The notes under the pieces were generated by a model. That model was not told the DNA's origin and searched no databases. It saw only the letters and a program-made list of their open reading frames with translations. Shown here piece after piece: positions 37,341 to 51,892 of a DNA stretch of 64,000 nucleotides (its first letter is position 1; each line of letters opens with the position of its first letter). The stretch lies in NCBI GenBank assembly GCA_024137785.1, contig JAHRHZ010000099.1:11925872-11989871 (forward strand), written 5' to 3'. The stretch comes from Ginglymostoma cirratum (Eukaryota). The translations under genes and the position numbers were made by a program.

Positions 37341-40300
37341 TGTATACTCTCCTGCCCAGAGTTCAGTTGTTTATCTTCATGGGACACATGAATACGTGAT
37401 AATAGATAACACTTCCTAACATATTGTTCGTTAAGGTCGAGATATTATTTCTTTTTGAGTTGAATAGAGGGATCATGAAATCCATAACACAATGTGCAAT
37501 ATATCCGATCCGAAATGTATTTTTAAAGGTTTTTTCTAAATTCAGCAACGTGCTACAGAAAGATGCCTGGCTGTGGCCATCCGAGCAATACAAGAAGTTA
37601 AATTTTAAAGTGTAAAACACTGAACAACACAAAGCCAGAAAGGGGATACTTTCCGGTTCCAAAAGTCAAATGATTGCGTTGTAGTGCGTGTCGTTGTCGG
37701 TTGTTGCTTCGAGTGCACAGAATGCAGGGCACCAGGAACTGAAGCCAAATGCTGTTTCCAGGAGAAAGGGAAATGTGCCGTCTAATAATTCTAAGCATGA
37801 TGTTTCGTTGTTAATAGGCTTAGTGATTATTGGTTGGTTACAACTGGAAACACCGTTTGTGGGGCTGTAGCTTAGAATAAGCAGACAAGTAATTTCATTT
37901 TTCTAGATCTACCCTATGCATTCCCCAATTTCTCCATGCAATGTGTGTGTTGGGAGGAGGGGGGCGGCGGGCTGCCTGTGAAGATCTGTTTCTCTCCCAG
38001 GTGAAGTCTATAACAAATCAAATGAGATGATCTTCCTATTTGGTGCTCAGAGTAAATTGGCCTCGCCAGCCAGTCATTACTCTGCGCAGTTCCAATCAGC
38101 GGCATTCGCGTTCAGTTCTGTGCTTTCTTTGTTCCCCTTCAGTTCCATGATGTAGGTGTATTTCCATCTGAGAAGGGTTTATTTCCTTCTATAATTTTCC
38201 TAGATGAATATGCATCCTGCTTGGATACTTTGCGGAAGATACACTGAAAATGTGTCACCTCGCTCCCCCACTCTCCCCCCCCCACCCCACCCCAAAACCC
38301 TCCCAAGCCTCCCTGTTCACAATGTGGCCTGCTTTCGCAGTGTGGAGCTCAGTATGGTCACCTGCATAGTTCACACATGAAAAGTGACCTGTTTGCGTAG
38401 ACTCTTCCGAGACGCTGCGCAGCATGTGGGATTAGCATGTGGCATGTGCATAACAAGCACAATTGTATGTTCACTGATTTGAAAGTGGAAACCGTAAAAC
38501 GCCGAAAGATAAAAGCGACACAAATTATTGATGGAAGTATGAAACTCGAATTTTTCCTCCTGGCTTTTCTGCAGTCAAGTTTTCTAAGCCATCTTAGAGA
38601 GGTACTGGTCTGTCCTTTTACAGTCAAGCATTGAAACAAACGTATAGAGATATTATTATCAAAACAAAAATGAAATGCTCACGCCTACTAAATAATGAAT
38701 TTCAAAGCTTCGCTTTAACAATGTCCTCTCACAATAACATGTAGGATTTATTCATCTGTTGTGTTCTTTACATATCTGAGTTATTTATGAACAAAGAACA
38801 AAGACAATATGCTCTCCTGAGCTTTGATTTTCCTATAAGTCAGTGAAATTATTATGCTAGTTAATAAGTTTTTGATTAAATGGCTCTACTTTAATTTCTT
38901 CTGTCTTTTAGAAATGCCTTATCATGTTCCAAACTGCGGAGATTTGTGTCCAGATCCCTCCCACATATTACCCCAAATAAAAGTCGCTTTATCTAGTGGA
39001 ACAGTGTGAAACGTGCGTTCAATCGCACACTGGCATTCTCTTATCTTTACAGCAAGTGTCTGTCCCAAGTTTCCCTACCGGACGCGTGAAAAGAGGGGGC
39101 AGCAGTTAAAGAGAGAAATCCTTTTAACAAAAATATGCCTTTTTTTGTTAACTGTTTATCCAACTTTTGAAATAACATGAACCCAAATAATGATCATGCG
39201 GAATTAGCCACCTTTATCTTCCCAGAAACAACTTATCCGAACATGAACTGAATATTTGCTAAGACTGAAAAAAAATCGTGTCCCGACGACGTTTTGGAAG
39301 GCAAACAAATGGCCAAAAATACAGCACTTGATCTTAAACAAAATACAACAATAGTTTTTGCCCCAATTCTTCCCATGAACTTGCTCTATCTAACGTTAGA
39401 TGCAGCTGTCTGAAAACCATGAGGCAAGCACGCCTTATAGCTTGGGACGAAAAAAAGTACAGCCCATGCTGACTCCATTGCAAACTAGCAGTACATTGCA
39501 TTTAAGCAGCAACATGCTGAAATATGGATTTTTCCCCCGACAGGAATGAAATGACCTAAATCTTTTAACTCCTAAGCAGTTAATCAATTTTTGATTGTTA
39601 TGAAAATTCATAATCTTCAAAACTGTCTCCATGAAATTAAGAGCGCTGTCAGCTTTGACACATTTGGCCCGACTGAAATGTTTCGAGCAACTTTCACATA
39701 GTCTTGGTGTCAGTGCATGTACATGCATAATAAATGTTGCAAGAGGGTTCTCTATGGCTGGATCACAGATGAATAAACTATGGCTGAAGAGTTATGTTTT
39801 ACACACAGGTATAATCTCTACTTGCCAGTAACTATGCATTAAGAAGGTCTGTAATTATTCTGGGAAAAATAGTGGAATTTTCAAAATCCAACAATATAAA
39901 CAGACTGAAACAGCTGGGCACTTACATCATTCGTGCTATTAAGGAACAAAGTAGACGATTAGTAACGGGCTGCATTTTTTTGGAGATTGCCACGAATGTG
40001 ATCATTTTCATGAGCTATGACATTCTCTTCATTTTCTGTGTTATAGATCTTGATTGCGAGTGTGGTGTAATTAAATCCATTATATTGCGAGAGGAAGAGA
40101 ACTCCATCCGGACCGCAGCAACAGCGGTTCATGTTAAGGCTGCTTCCACTCTTTTTATTAAGCATTCAAACGCTGAAAATAGTTGTCTTTCTTTTTCAAA
40201 AAGGCTAGAAATTAATGTTTAGCAGACAAAATACTGCTGGAGTGTAAACAACAATAAATGATTCTTGCAGGGAAACAGTAATTTTAAACGTTAACATTTC

Positions 40301-43300
40301 TTTGCCAAATAAAAGCTGCATCGCTGTAAATCAATCTAGGCTTCTTTGGATTATTAGGAACGTCGGGAAGGTAACAAAATACTATTACTTTTAATTTTTG
40401 CAATAATTAACATTTTGATATCTCGCTTATCATTGCGCAAGTTTAAACTAATTTCACTTGTAAATGTTATTGCAAAGATTTAGAAATACTTAATTTAAAC
40501 GTGCCCTAATGTGTCTATTGACTAATAAAAACGGAGATATGATTTCAAATTAAATAGATCCAGACGCACAGGGTTCCTAGATTAAAAATAAAAGCATAGT
40601 TTACAGTCATGGTAAGATCGCTAATTATTTCATCGATAATATGTAATATAACCTGTAATATGCTGAAAACATTACCCACTCTTTTAAAAATGAACGCTTG
40701 CATGAAAATAACAATAACTTAATGTCAACTCAAGTTTAACACTAGGAGTCAGAATGTAGAACTAAACGAGTAGAACTTTCTTGAAAGAATGGTAGAGAAT
40801 TGTAAATAGCAACAGATCTTGCCTCTTGTAGTCGAACAATAAATTCTGAAGTACTTTTTCGTGGATATATCAGACATTGTAGATGTAAATCACAAAATGA
40901 TATCTGTCTAGCTGTTTTGTTTGTAAGAATATTCTCTCATGTTTAGACGCAGAGATAGCACGAACGTTGAATGAACCTGCAGTGTGTTCTTTTTCACGAC
41001 CGGTAGTGATTCGTCCTTTTTTAATTGTACATTTTCTTCAGTAGAATTAGTTATTGTTAAATTGTGACTGCCTTACGTTTTACCAATTAATTCATGAATT
41101 GACATTTACTACAGTATGACTCAAATTAATCACCATGACTAATGTGCAACTTGCTGCTGTGTTTTTCATCTATCCTTGAAAGTTGAGTGTTTAGTGGCCT
41201 ACAATCAGACAAGTGCTGATGGTCCTGTATATAGTACCCTGACCTAAACAAAAAAAGCTCTAGCATAAGAATCATGCTGTATAGTGATCAATCAATGGAT
41301 ACATATATGTGTTTTCTTAGACAGAACGAAAAAAAATACCAGACCTAATATTTCTAATAAAAAAATGAGGGCTTTAATACAACAAAGCTTCAAAGAAGAT
41401 TAAGTTGCGCCTTGTTCCCGGAGGTGCTAATAATTATTTTGATATGAGTGTGGAAGTTTTGTAAAATGAGCTTCAAGAAAGCTGAACAAAACTTGAAACA
41501 TTTCTCAAATGATTAGTTCAAAATCGAAGACGTAAAGTATGTGTTACACTAGAAATTGCCGATGACTTAGACACTAACAAAACGGTTATAGTTCCACAAC
41601 AGTAAACTAAAGAAGTTGAATCCGTTGGTAAAGTATTGAAGAACATGTGTCAATAAGTGTAGTCAGATAAATATAAAGTGCTTTATGGGATTAGACTTAG
41701 TCTGGCTGGGCCCGACAAAAATGTCTGGTGAAGGACAGTGTTGGGATGATGTTTCCCTACAATCTTTAAATGACGGTGACGGTGGGGCATTAGTTTATCG
41801 AGCCTCTTATGTGCTCACTGATCCAGAACGGTTTGGTCTGGCTTAATGGAATCATTAGGCTACCTGTGTGTGAATACGGTGGCTGAGTGGCCTGGCTCCA
41901 CTTTGACCAATATGATGAATGTTTTCAACAACCGTATAGGATGGCAACAGGCCCTGCGAATTGGTAGTGTGTTCGCCGTTCACAACAGATGCGACGAGTT
42001 GGAAAAGAAGGGCTTGCAGTTGAACAAGATTCCTTTGGCGTCTGGTTAATATCTGTCACTGAAATGTCTATTGGGTGGGACATTTGGGTGATTGTGTAAG
42101 GGTTATTTGTTTGGGGTAACTTTAACATAGATCATTAATGGTGCTGTCAGGCCAAACTCCCTTTCATGACAATAATAGCTCAGTTACACCCCTTCAGCAA
42201 TCAAGACCTATAACAAGAGAACAACAATTATGATAGTTATTTAAAAATAAATATTTGTCTTCTCTTCACTGTTGTGGTTTCTGATGATAAAACGATACGT
42301 ATGTTATTAGAATGTTCGCATCGTCTTGTTCATTTAAAGTTACAAAATATGCCTGATGAGTCCCAGACAGACTGGCACCAGTGGTCATCTCTGTAGGCAA
42401 TACGTCTGTCAGTTTAAGCCATAGGACAGGTGTAAATCTCGTTGACATTCCACATTTCTCTTACCTGAAGCTAAACTCATTTATTACTTGGAACCAAATC
42501 AACCATATTTCTTTTAACACGCTGATCACAAGTAACACCCAGCTTCACGCGCGATGATGAAGTCCAGATTCGTGATAATGAAGTTACTGCCAGTATGTTA
42601 AAGGCAACATTGCCGAGTGCTCAATTTATACAGCCTGAAACATGGGTTCAGCAACAGGTTCGTCTAGAGTTGTCAGGCAATAAAATAAACCTGTAATATT
42701 CCCGCTTCACTGTGTAACGTGAAATTTCGTGTTGCTTTTGCTATTTCTTTTTTAAATAGCCTTGAGCAAATCATACATATGAGAAGAACTCAGTACGGGA
42801 AAGCCAACATTTCTGTGCTTTCAAAAGTTGGCAGTCCACATTAAAAGAGTTAATTCCATAAAGTGCTAGGAACTAGTAGATCCTTTAAGAGATTTCATCC
42901 AATATACTGACCCGTTTCCTCTCTTTTTTTACAGGGCAGTATCATCGCGCTGAAATGAACTAAATACCCAATTAGAGTGTTCAGTACTTTTATTTGGTAA
43001 AGATACTGCTGGAGATTTCATATTATTGTTGGGTTTGAAGCCAACCAGTGGCCTGGAAAGTACTAATCTCGTTTTAACTTTAGATTCTGCCAATTTTATT
43101 TTAATTTCTAGCATTTAAACATTCGAGTGCATGGATACAATTACCAACACCAAATAACTATCGAATGATACAGTGTTGCATGGCTATTCATCGCTCCAAA
43201 GTTTATTTAAAAGATCATGTTATTAATATAATAGTGATCAATTTCCCCTTCGATAGATTCTCCGTTAGTTAACTCTTGTTGTTAACTCATTGTTATTAAA

Positions 43301-45761
43301 CTCCTTTCACTGGATTTTAAAGCGATCAGTTTTCACACTTAAAATCCTCGCGTCTTTGTCTTCTTTATATGCACACTTCCCACCAACTTTTAGAACACAA
43401 ACAGGCTGTTCAAACACCGGGATCACGTTTGGCACATCAACAAGTAGAAGAATCATTTGTTAGTTGCTAAACTGGCGGCCTTCGTGTTGGTTAAACCGGT
43501 GCCTGTTTTAGCAACCGAATTCTTCCCCGTCTCGATCCTCTACGACTACTGACCGCACCCTTTCGCCCGCCCCCAATACATACACACAAACACACTGCGT
43601 TAGATGTCGAACTGGAACTAGTCCCTCTCACGTGTGTTGTTTAACTGAAACTTCTCAGAACACATCTGCATTTTCTGCAGCCATTGCCTGCTGTAACAGT
43701 GAAAGAAGCGCTGTTTCAGTGCATCGCAGGCAATACATTACTAACAAGAGTCTAATTAGAGCTGCGAGATAAACACTTCACATTTATAAGGACAGCAAGT
43801 CCCTAAATACGTAAGAAGTCTATAACAGCATTATAATTGAAATCCCTGTTTGAAGTTCTATATATCAGAAGTTCTTTAAAAGGACAGGTTATACGCAATA
43901 AAAGTAAAAGGAAACAAATCATCACGTGTACTCTGAGCTGCAAGAAGAACTATTACCATGGGTCCAAGCACAGAGTGCCCATGTTGATTATGAATTGTTC
44001 CCAAAGATGTGCTCAGACATGAGATAATGAGGGCTGTGATCGCCCAGATCCCTTTACCTTTTCCCAGGATTGAAGCTGTCGCCAGGGCACAAAACGACAG
44101 TGTAACAGCGCACCACGCTACTCACATCCAATTTGTTCTGTACAAAAGCTGATCTCTAAATCCGCACTAACAAAGCGGTACTCGGAGACAAATCATATAA
44201 TGTTCAATTTTATTCATTTTTCGACTAATTAACTGGAATCCCACCTTTTCTCATACAGTGTCCAATTAATTTGCAATGTATGTCAGAGGTCGTTAGACTT
44301 GCAGTGAACCTTTGTTAAGATTTTGTCTTTCTCTATATATTGATCTTATTAAGGCATTTCGTCTTCGTGCAAAAGTTCGCGTGGATTTTTTTTACTGCTC
44401 TGGTCTTTAACTTGAAGCGTTGATAATAGGATTCGTGTCTGGGCTCAAAGTTTAAAGCGATGTCGCCGTTTGTAGGGCAGGTCAAAATACAGCGCTGTGG
44501 AGTAATGCAGCGGTCAGATAATATCCGGGACAGCCAAACAACTCTGATTTGTAGAAAATCTAATTAACACGTGGATAATTTAGATAGGCCCCTGCAAATG
44601 AAATCTAACATTCTAGAAATGCCTTATAAACACAAATTGCTAATAATGTTAATTAGCATAAATAGATAGTGGTACACAATTTGAAACCAGATTCGCCATG
44701 AATACTGTGTAGTTCTCTAATTAAACTAGGGACTGAGAGCTCGCCTCCACTGTACGTACCAGCGATGAAGGCTACATAAGCGAGTACCAAACAAAATTAT
44801 TTGAGGCTGCATAATGAGGCAGAAAGTACTCTACAAACTTTAACAGAAATACAAACTGTCATTTAGTAATACAGAACTTCAGTAGTGTCTTTTTTTCAGT
44901 AAGACAAAAATTGCACCAATTGAAATAAGAATGAACGTCACTCATTAAAAAAAAACTGATCAAGTTGGATGTAACAATAAAATCGACTTCTACTGACAAT
45001 ATCGATTTCAGCTTGCTGCCCTATGACCTTCAGATTGATTTGGTCCAACCTGGTGCGAACGTCATAGAAGAGGTCAGTCTGTGAATTTTGTTTGTTATCC
45101 AAAAAGGGAAGCACCAAAAGAAAAGCATGCCAGGACTTTAAAATAAGGCCAATGCTTTAATCAGTGGAAACGACCTGAGTCGAATCAAAGCCAAATTTGA
45201 GGATTTTGTTTGAAGGTCTGGCCTGACAGAATTCCAAATTGTAAAATCCATGCAGGGTTTCATTAGCATGTTATAATTTAAGATATTGAGATTACCAACC
45301 TCCATTTTTAACAGTTCAATTGGAACAGTTGAAAACTACTGTATATTAATCAGTTTGATTGACGTCCATATATCATCAGTGCAACTAAATAGCTGCATGG
45401 AAATTATGGTCACACTGGCAAAGGGTGAACCTACAACAGAGAAACTGAACTTCGGATGAACTTTTTGCATTAAATGGCCTTTTGCAATAAAGCTGAAACC
45501 CGCAGAAGACACAGTATGTTTAATGCAAAGAGAATTCACAAGACAGTGGCTGGAGGAGAAAGCTGATTTGCGCTTCCTCATGCGATTGACAATTTGATTT
45601 TAAAAATAAACTAACGTAATCATAAAAGTCCACTGTTAAATGCACAACCTTTCGTTGATTAGAATGACGGTTCTTCCAGAGAAATAAAAGTAACGGAAGA
45701 GGTAAAACTTGCCCATAACGTTGTTAAATCTTGGGTTGAAAAAGCAGAGGCAACCCAAAGA

Positions 45762-45778
45762 CAGCGCCATCTAGCGAG
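45762..45778 (-). promoter_or_regulatory. CTCF-like motif (reverse orientation)
   Basis: Minus strand CTCGCTAGATGGCGCTG matches the CTCF core CCASYAGRKGGCRS closely. Confidence 0.6.
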
Positions 45779-46378
45779 AGATGGTTGCTATTTCTCCTGG
45801 GAACTATTTAGCCTATGCTGGTCAGAGAGACACCACAGGGCATTTTAACGCTGTTACAGTCAGAGATATGTACATTTTCGACAGTTACTTTATAGTCAAC
45901 GTGTCTGAACTAGTTTAGTAATATTTTCTACAAGATGTTTGTTTTTTTGTATTTTCATAATGGAATATACTATTATAAAAGTTACCGGTTGATATTTCCA
46001 TTCTTTAAACATTAAGGTCCAATTGCCTAAGCATTTCAAATATGACAATTATATGATTTGCTCCCTCTACAACTAGCACAACTGCATTCATGGTTTTAAC
46101 TGATTTTATATATATATACTCTTGCTTGTTCCACGTAAGAAGAATACTGCCGTACATGTCACAGACCTAAACGACCGATATTTACACCTGCGGAGTGATG
46201 ATGGACCTAAGTACATTGCAATTAACTGAATTGTAAATCTTTTCCTTATGTTTTAAAAAAACACAAGGATCATCTGTCTTTAATAAATGCTAACAACACG
46301 CTCTGCTGCACACGATGTGGCAGCGCACCGACCTGTTTTTTTTTAAAACACAATTTGCGCAAAGCAGTTTTTGCAAAA

Positions 46379-46394
46379 GTACCAGAGGGCGGTG
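46379..46394 (+). promoter_or_regulatory. CTCF-like motif (forward orientation)
   Basis: GTACCAGAGGGCGGTG is a partial match to the core. Confidence 0.4.
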
Positions 46395-47903
46395 GATTAA
46401 AAGGAAACAAAGTATGAGTTTTCGTACATTTCAAACTTGCTTACGATGGAAACGGGTGTGCGAACATTTGATATGACATTTCCCAAAAAAATCTTTGAAA
46501 AATGACTACGACATAACAACATTAACTGCCTTTGATAACAGCTGAATCACTCGCAACTGCATCTTTCTAAACACATTTGACACTACCATGAAAGAGAAAA
46601 GCTGCTAGTACAAATAGTTCCGTAGGTTATTGTTAGACTTTATAACTTTAAAAAATGGCACTTGTATGTTCGGCACGTGAGCTAATTTGTTCTGGGTATC
46701 AGCAGTTAATGGTCACTGAAGGTACGTAAACGTTACCTTAGCCTGTTTACGTGAAGCGCCTGAACGCTTACATGCCGTGTCAACTTTCAGATCTGCTTCT
46801 CGAGATTAATTTGTACTATTCTTGGTCATTTACTTTAATATTTTCAACAAGCACGTGAAATGCTGCCTTATTTATGATCTCCGTTTCATATCGTTCTGAG
46901 CTGCATGGCGGGGTGGACTCAAAATTATGTTAAAAGTATACTGCACTTCAATTTGCGGTAACTGACAAACAGCATATCAGTCAGCAACGGACAACCACAT
47001 GATGCACTGTATTCGTGTTTAGTACGAGATCCGCAACAGGTCTTGAACGTCAGTATCTATCATTCCAACAAAAGCAGGAATGTTCTAACTTAAGTGATTA
47101 GATATTACTATTACTATTGGTCTCATTATTTAGTGTTTTTAAAATGTGATTTCATATCTGATTATCAAGTTTTGGTCGCATTAATAAAGAATATGCATTA
47201 AGGCTTTCTATTAACCTCTAAAATGGTTTGAAATAAAGCAGTGACTATCAGATTGATATATAAATCAGTTATCTAAACAGTTAAGCTCGGTGTACACCCC
47301 AGCATTACCTCCACCGTTAAAAAAACTCCAATTTTAATGATGAATTTCTTGCTACAAGTTTTGTTTTATAAATTTTACTTATCATGCCAATTTACTTATC
47401 AAGCATTCTGTTTCAAAGTAAACATATTAATTAAACTCAGTATTATAAACACTAAGAAGTGCACAACCTAAAGCTTCCATTTCTCATTTTAGTGGTGTTC
47501 TGAAAAGGAATGTGACTTTCATGTTAAAGATGTGAATTCATCTATGCATGCAAAGAAAATAAATCGTACAATAATAATATATGTTGCTTAAAAACACAAG
47601 AACCTGTGGATAATTTGATCTTAAATACTATTTTATTTTTTAAAAAGTGCACTGGTTCAATTTTATCTTCATGGATCATGGATTGCAGTGAGTATTATTT
47701 TTCTATGACAGTGCAATTATTCTGCCTCAGTTTCATAACTAAAAATATCTTCTCTCTTAAGTTATTTGGATGGTTGGTTTTGCTGTTGCCCATCAATTAA
47801 TAGGCAAAGCACCCCAACCAGTATTTCAGTAATCCAATGCTGTAATTGAATTTATCCCTGGGACATGAGAATAACTAACCCAAAAGTCAACATTTTTTTT
47901 AGA

Positions 47904-47906
<3 letters not shown>

Positions 47907-47942
<36 letters not shown>
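47907..47942 (+). repeat. (GATA)9 microsatellite
   Basis: Perfect tetranucleotide run. Confidence 0.97.
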
Positions 47943-50900
47943 CTTTAATTTGGTTATATCATCTGACAAATAAGATAACAAAGCAGCCCTAAACATATCC
48001 ATTTGAAACTAGAGTTCCAAGTTTACCAAGTTCATATATTTCTTAAATAAAATTTATTTTATTACAGTTTGTATGCAACAAATGTCAAATATGAGCAGCA
48101 CAAATCATAGCATTTTTACCAACTAAGTTTTGTCTCAATATTGAACAATGCCTATAGTGGGATATATGCATGTTAAAATCACTGGGACTTAACCAGCAAG
48201 GCTTTAAATTGTTCACTATGTAAACATTTTGTAAAGCAGCTAAATATGACAGTTCAATTGAGAATAATAAAGATTTCATAATGGTGAGGCATTTACTGGG
48301 CTTAATTCCTTTAAAGTTGTATAAACAAGGCAGGAGGTGCTGGTTGATTCAATGATAAAATATGCATTCTGTTTGTGCAAAAGAATTACACTGCAAATTT
48401 GAGCTACATGAAGGATCATCCATTGATGCCCTCAGCACACATTTTTTAAACTATTATTTCTTGTGCTTTCAGGGGATATTGATTAGGTATCTCATAGTTA
48501 GAGCACAGTTAATAAGCCCCTTCAAAAAGATGGGTCAGATGTGGATATGTAGCCAGCTTGTTTATAATCAATGCCAACAAAGGTATACATCAGAATCATG
48601 ATTACCTAGTATCTGGAGAGGAAAAATAAATATCTGAGCTCAAAGGTGGCTGCTGTTTAAAGAAAGGGCAATACAGATATTATATAAAGCTAGTGTGTGC
48701 TTTGTGTGTGGCGGGGGGGGGGGGGGCTGGAGGTGGATGAGGTTGTGGAGTACATCAGTTATTTGTATTTACAGACATGCACTAGTCACCAGGAGATTGG
48801 TCTTTCACTATTTGCGATGTGTAATTGCTGAAGGGTTTGAGAAAAGCTACACAAAACTATTGCAGGCTGCTCTAAAATTCAGAAAAAAATCTTTAAAGAA
48901 CTTGGTAGAGTAATATTGTCTGCAAACTACACACCATACAGTAGAATTGGAAAACATACAGACTTGCACTTCACAAAGTATTATGTGTACTCATTAAGTA
49001 AAATTAACAACTTTAAATTTGCCAGTTTAAAAAGCACATTTATTTGTAGAAAATCTCCAGAAAACATTAGTAAGTGCTGTTATTCTCACCTATGTTAAAA
49101 ATAAGTCTACAAGTCATGAAGGCAACGTGCATTGAATGCCTGAAATCTATATAACATCTGCTTAAAATTTTCTTAGGGCAAAAAGAAATCACGAATAATT
49201 GCTGTCAATTCTCAACGACGAAAAGTCTGCAAAGCCACGTGTACTTTGGGGTTGTAATAATGCACATAAGCACTAAAGCCCTAGCAAATTCACTAAGGTT
49301 TATTTAATTATATCATATCATAGTTTTTCTTCTGGGAAATATTATAATAACGAGTTACAATATTCCTGCTACTTACCTTCAACAACTATCTGAAAATTTC
49401 AGCTCAGACTGACTGACATAACTATTAAACACAATATGATGATAAAATGTGATGTATGTACATATATATATATAAGTCACCTTGCAGTTTCATGTGGTGT
49501 GGCCTGTCAGACTCGATCTGCAGGAAGTGCATCACCAATAACGTTGTTGGCAGTTCTTAATGTACACGTTTATTCTTTGTACGGCGTTCCTGGAGCAAAA
49601 CAAAAGACACAAAGAAAGCATTGATACAGTAGTTAGCTACCTAGAATAAGTTACCCACGGAAACTCCAATTAGTTTAATTCCACAAGAAAAAATATTTTC
49701 GACTGACATCTCATTGCAAAGTCCAAATCATTATTTGGATAAAAATGTAATTAGAACTGTTGGTCTTAGATACATGGAAGTTGGTCATTATCTGAAGACT
49801 ACTTAGCTATTTTGCTAGAAACATGTTTCTAAATGAAAATTGACAAACGGATGACCACATACAACGCACGGAATTTTGTGAATAGTATAAACTGGCTGGC
49901 GCCAATGTCGGTCTATAGCCTAAAAATAATGCCGTCTGGAAGGACATAACTTTTGACGGCCAACACAAAATCCGTCCTACGGCACTTCAAGAGTTGACCG
50001 ATAAATGCAGTACCTGTCAAGAGAACAGCGCTGAGACCACAGGCTTTATTAACTCGCTTTGTTTTATGAATTTGAACAGGACACCAATTATAAAAGTTAG
50101 GAGTTAATTTGATGAACTTTGTCACAAGAGTGTTATCTTTATATGCGAGGAACACAGATGAAGGAAGCCATTATTAGTGTAATTTCAGAGCCATTTTAAA
50201 TCTTAACGTTTTGGAGGAATTATGTGGTCACAAGCGCAATGAGAGAAGTTGTTTTGATAAAGGGAACGAATGGTGAAAAGCGCAACAACTTTATAAAAAA
50301 GACAACCAGATGAATGGTCTGAAGGCAGAAAGTGGAGGGTGGGATACAATAAAATGATATTCAAACATGAAGGCCAAATCTGAGATGCACACAAACTACA
50401 GCCTACGATCACTGCACCTTTCTAATACAGGAAGGCACAATTTGAAAGTGCTGCTAGCAGCTACAGTCATTGCCTATACTTGCCAGAAGAACATAAATAT
50501 GAGCATTTAAAAGTATTGTTATTTCCGATGATAAACTGAGGGAATATCCACAATAAATTACTACTGACAGTTGCCACAATATAGTATAAACATGTATTTT
50601 GATTATATCGTTTAGTTGCCTTGCACCACGATTTCCGATACTTGAAGACTACATGGCGCACACACATTGATTAGATCTACCCATCTGGCCGATAGATCAT
50701 CCGTTTCACACAAACTTTACAATAGATACTGTAATACCTAAACTGAGCTGTGTTACGTGTAGACCCATTCATATTTTAATATTTAGATCATTATAATGCT
50801 ATTCTATCACCCATGATTGATAAAAGATCAGATCTAGAGGTTGCTTTCTTGCGGTTGATCATGTTCAGAATGAGATAGGTACTACAGCATAAAATTAGAC

Positions 50901-51867
50901 GAGCATTTAATCACACTTTTGGTTAAATTGGAAATGGCTCGCGAATGTGGCTGAACGTTCAGGAAGGACTAACATGTAATCGGCACTGGCTGGACCTCAC
51001 ACATGCTAAGAGAATACAGTATTTACACGAAACTTGCCAATGTAAACGTGCCCGCCTCCTTCAGATAAACAGTAATCAACAAACCTCTATCATTTCGAGC
51101 TACAGCTCTGTCTGCTTATAGCTAATGAAGTGAGGTATCTGGTTGCAGAGGCACTACAGAACGGCTCGGTGCTGGCGCAAATGCTTTCAAAGCCATTTTA
51201 ATTTTCACATCAGTGCACTTACTGGGTTTTAAAGCTCTGACGGCTAACAAGTAGCTTGCGGTATTGGCGAATGTTTAACTAAGATGGCTAGCCATCAATT
51301 CCCTTTTGTTTGCTTGCAAATTAATCATCCTATACGTAGTTGGCGCCAGTGTAGATTTATCACACACAGGAGGGTGAATGAGTCGGGCGAGGAGAGACAA
51401 AGAGAGTTCGCACCTTCCTGCTTTTGATCCTAGATTAGTGCACCCTCCCTTCATAATACGAGTCTCTAGGGTGCTTAGCCTGGGAGGTCAGTCATAATTG
51501 GCGGAAGTTAATGCAATATTTCGAGACGTTACATTAAATCACATAATTCGAAATATTACAGCATGTGGTGATTATTTTATATAGACAATATCAGAACACG
51601 ATCCGATCATTTGCTTCTCTTTTGGCGAGACAGAAAACAAACTACTTATACAGGGATGCTTAAAGCGATAGTTAGTATTTATAGCAAACATCTGACCAGG
51701 ATCTTGCTTTGTCTAGATTCCAAACAAAAATGTACATATATAGGTTCAAGGAAACTCGCCTTGGAGTGAATCTGACAGTTTCCAAATCTCCACACAGGTC
51801 AGAAAAGCGCCGTGCTGTTTTAACATCCCTGGATTTAAAGACAGGGATCAAGGACTCCCAACACGAC

Positions 51868-51892
51868 AGAGAGAGAGAGAGAGAGAGAGAGA
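51868..51892 (+). repeat. (GA)n microsatellite upstream of tbx3
   Basis: About 12 dinucleotide units. Confidence 0.9.

Noticed and set aside
26300-51700. Many 60-116 aa ORFs in the upstream region
   Set aside because: No domains, no consistent exon structure and often non-ATG starts; consistent with non-coding gene-desert sequence.
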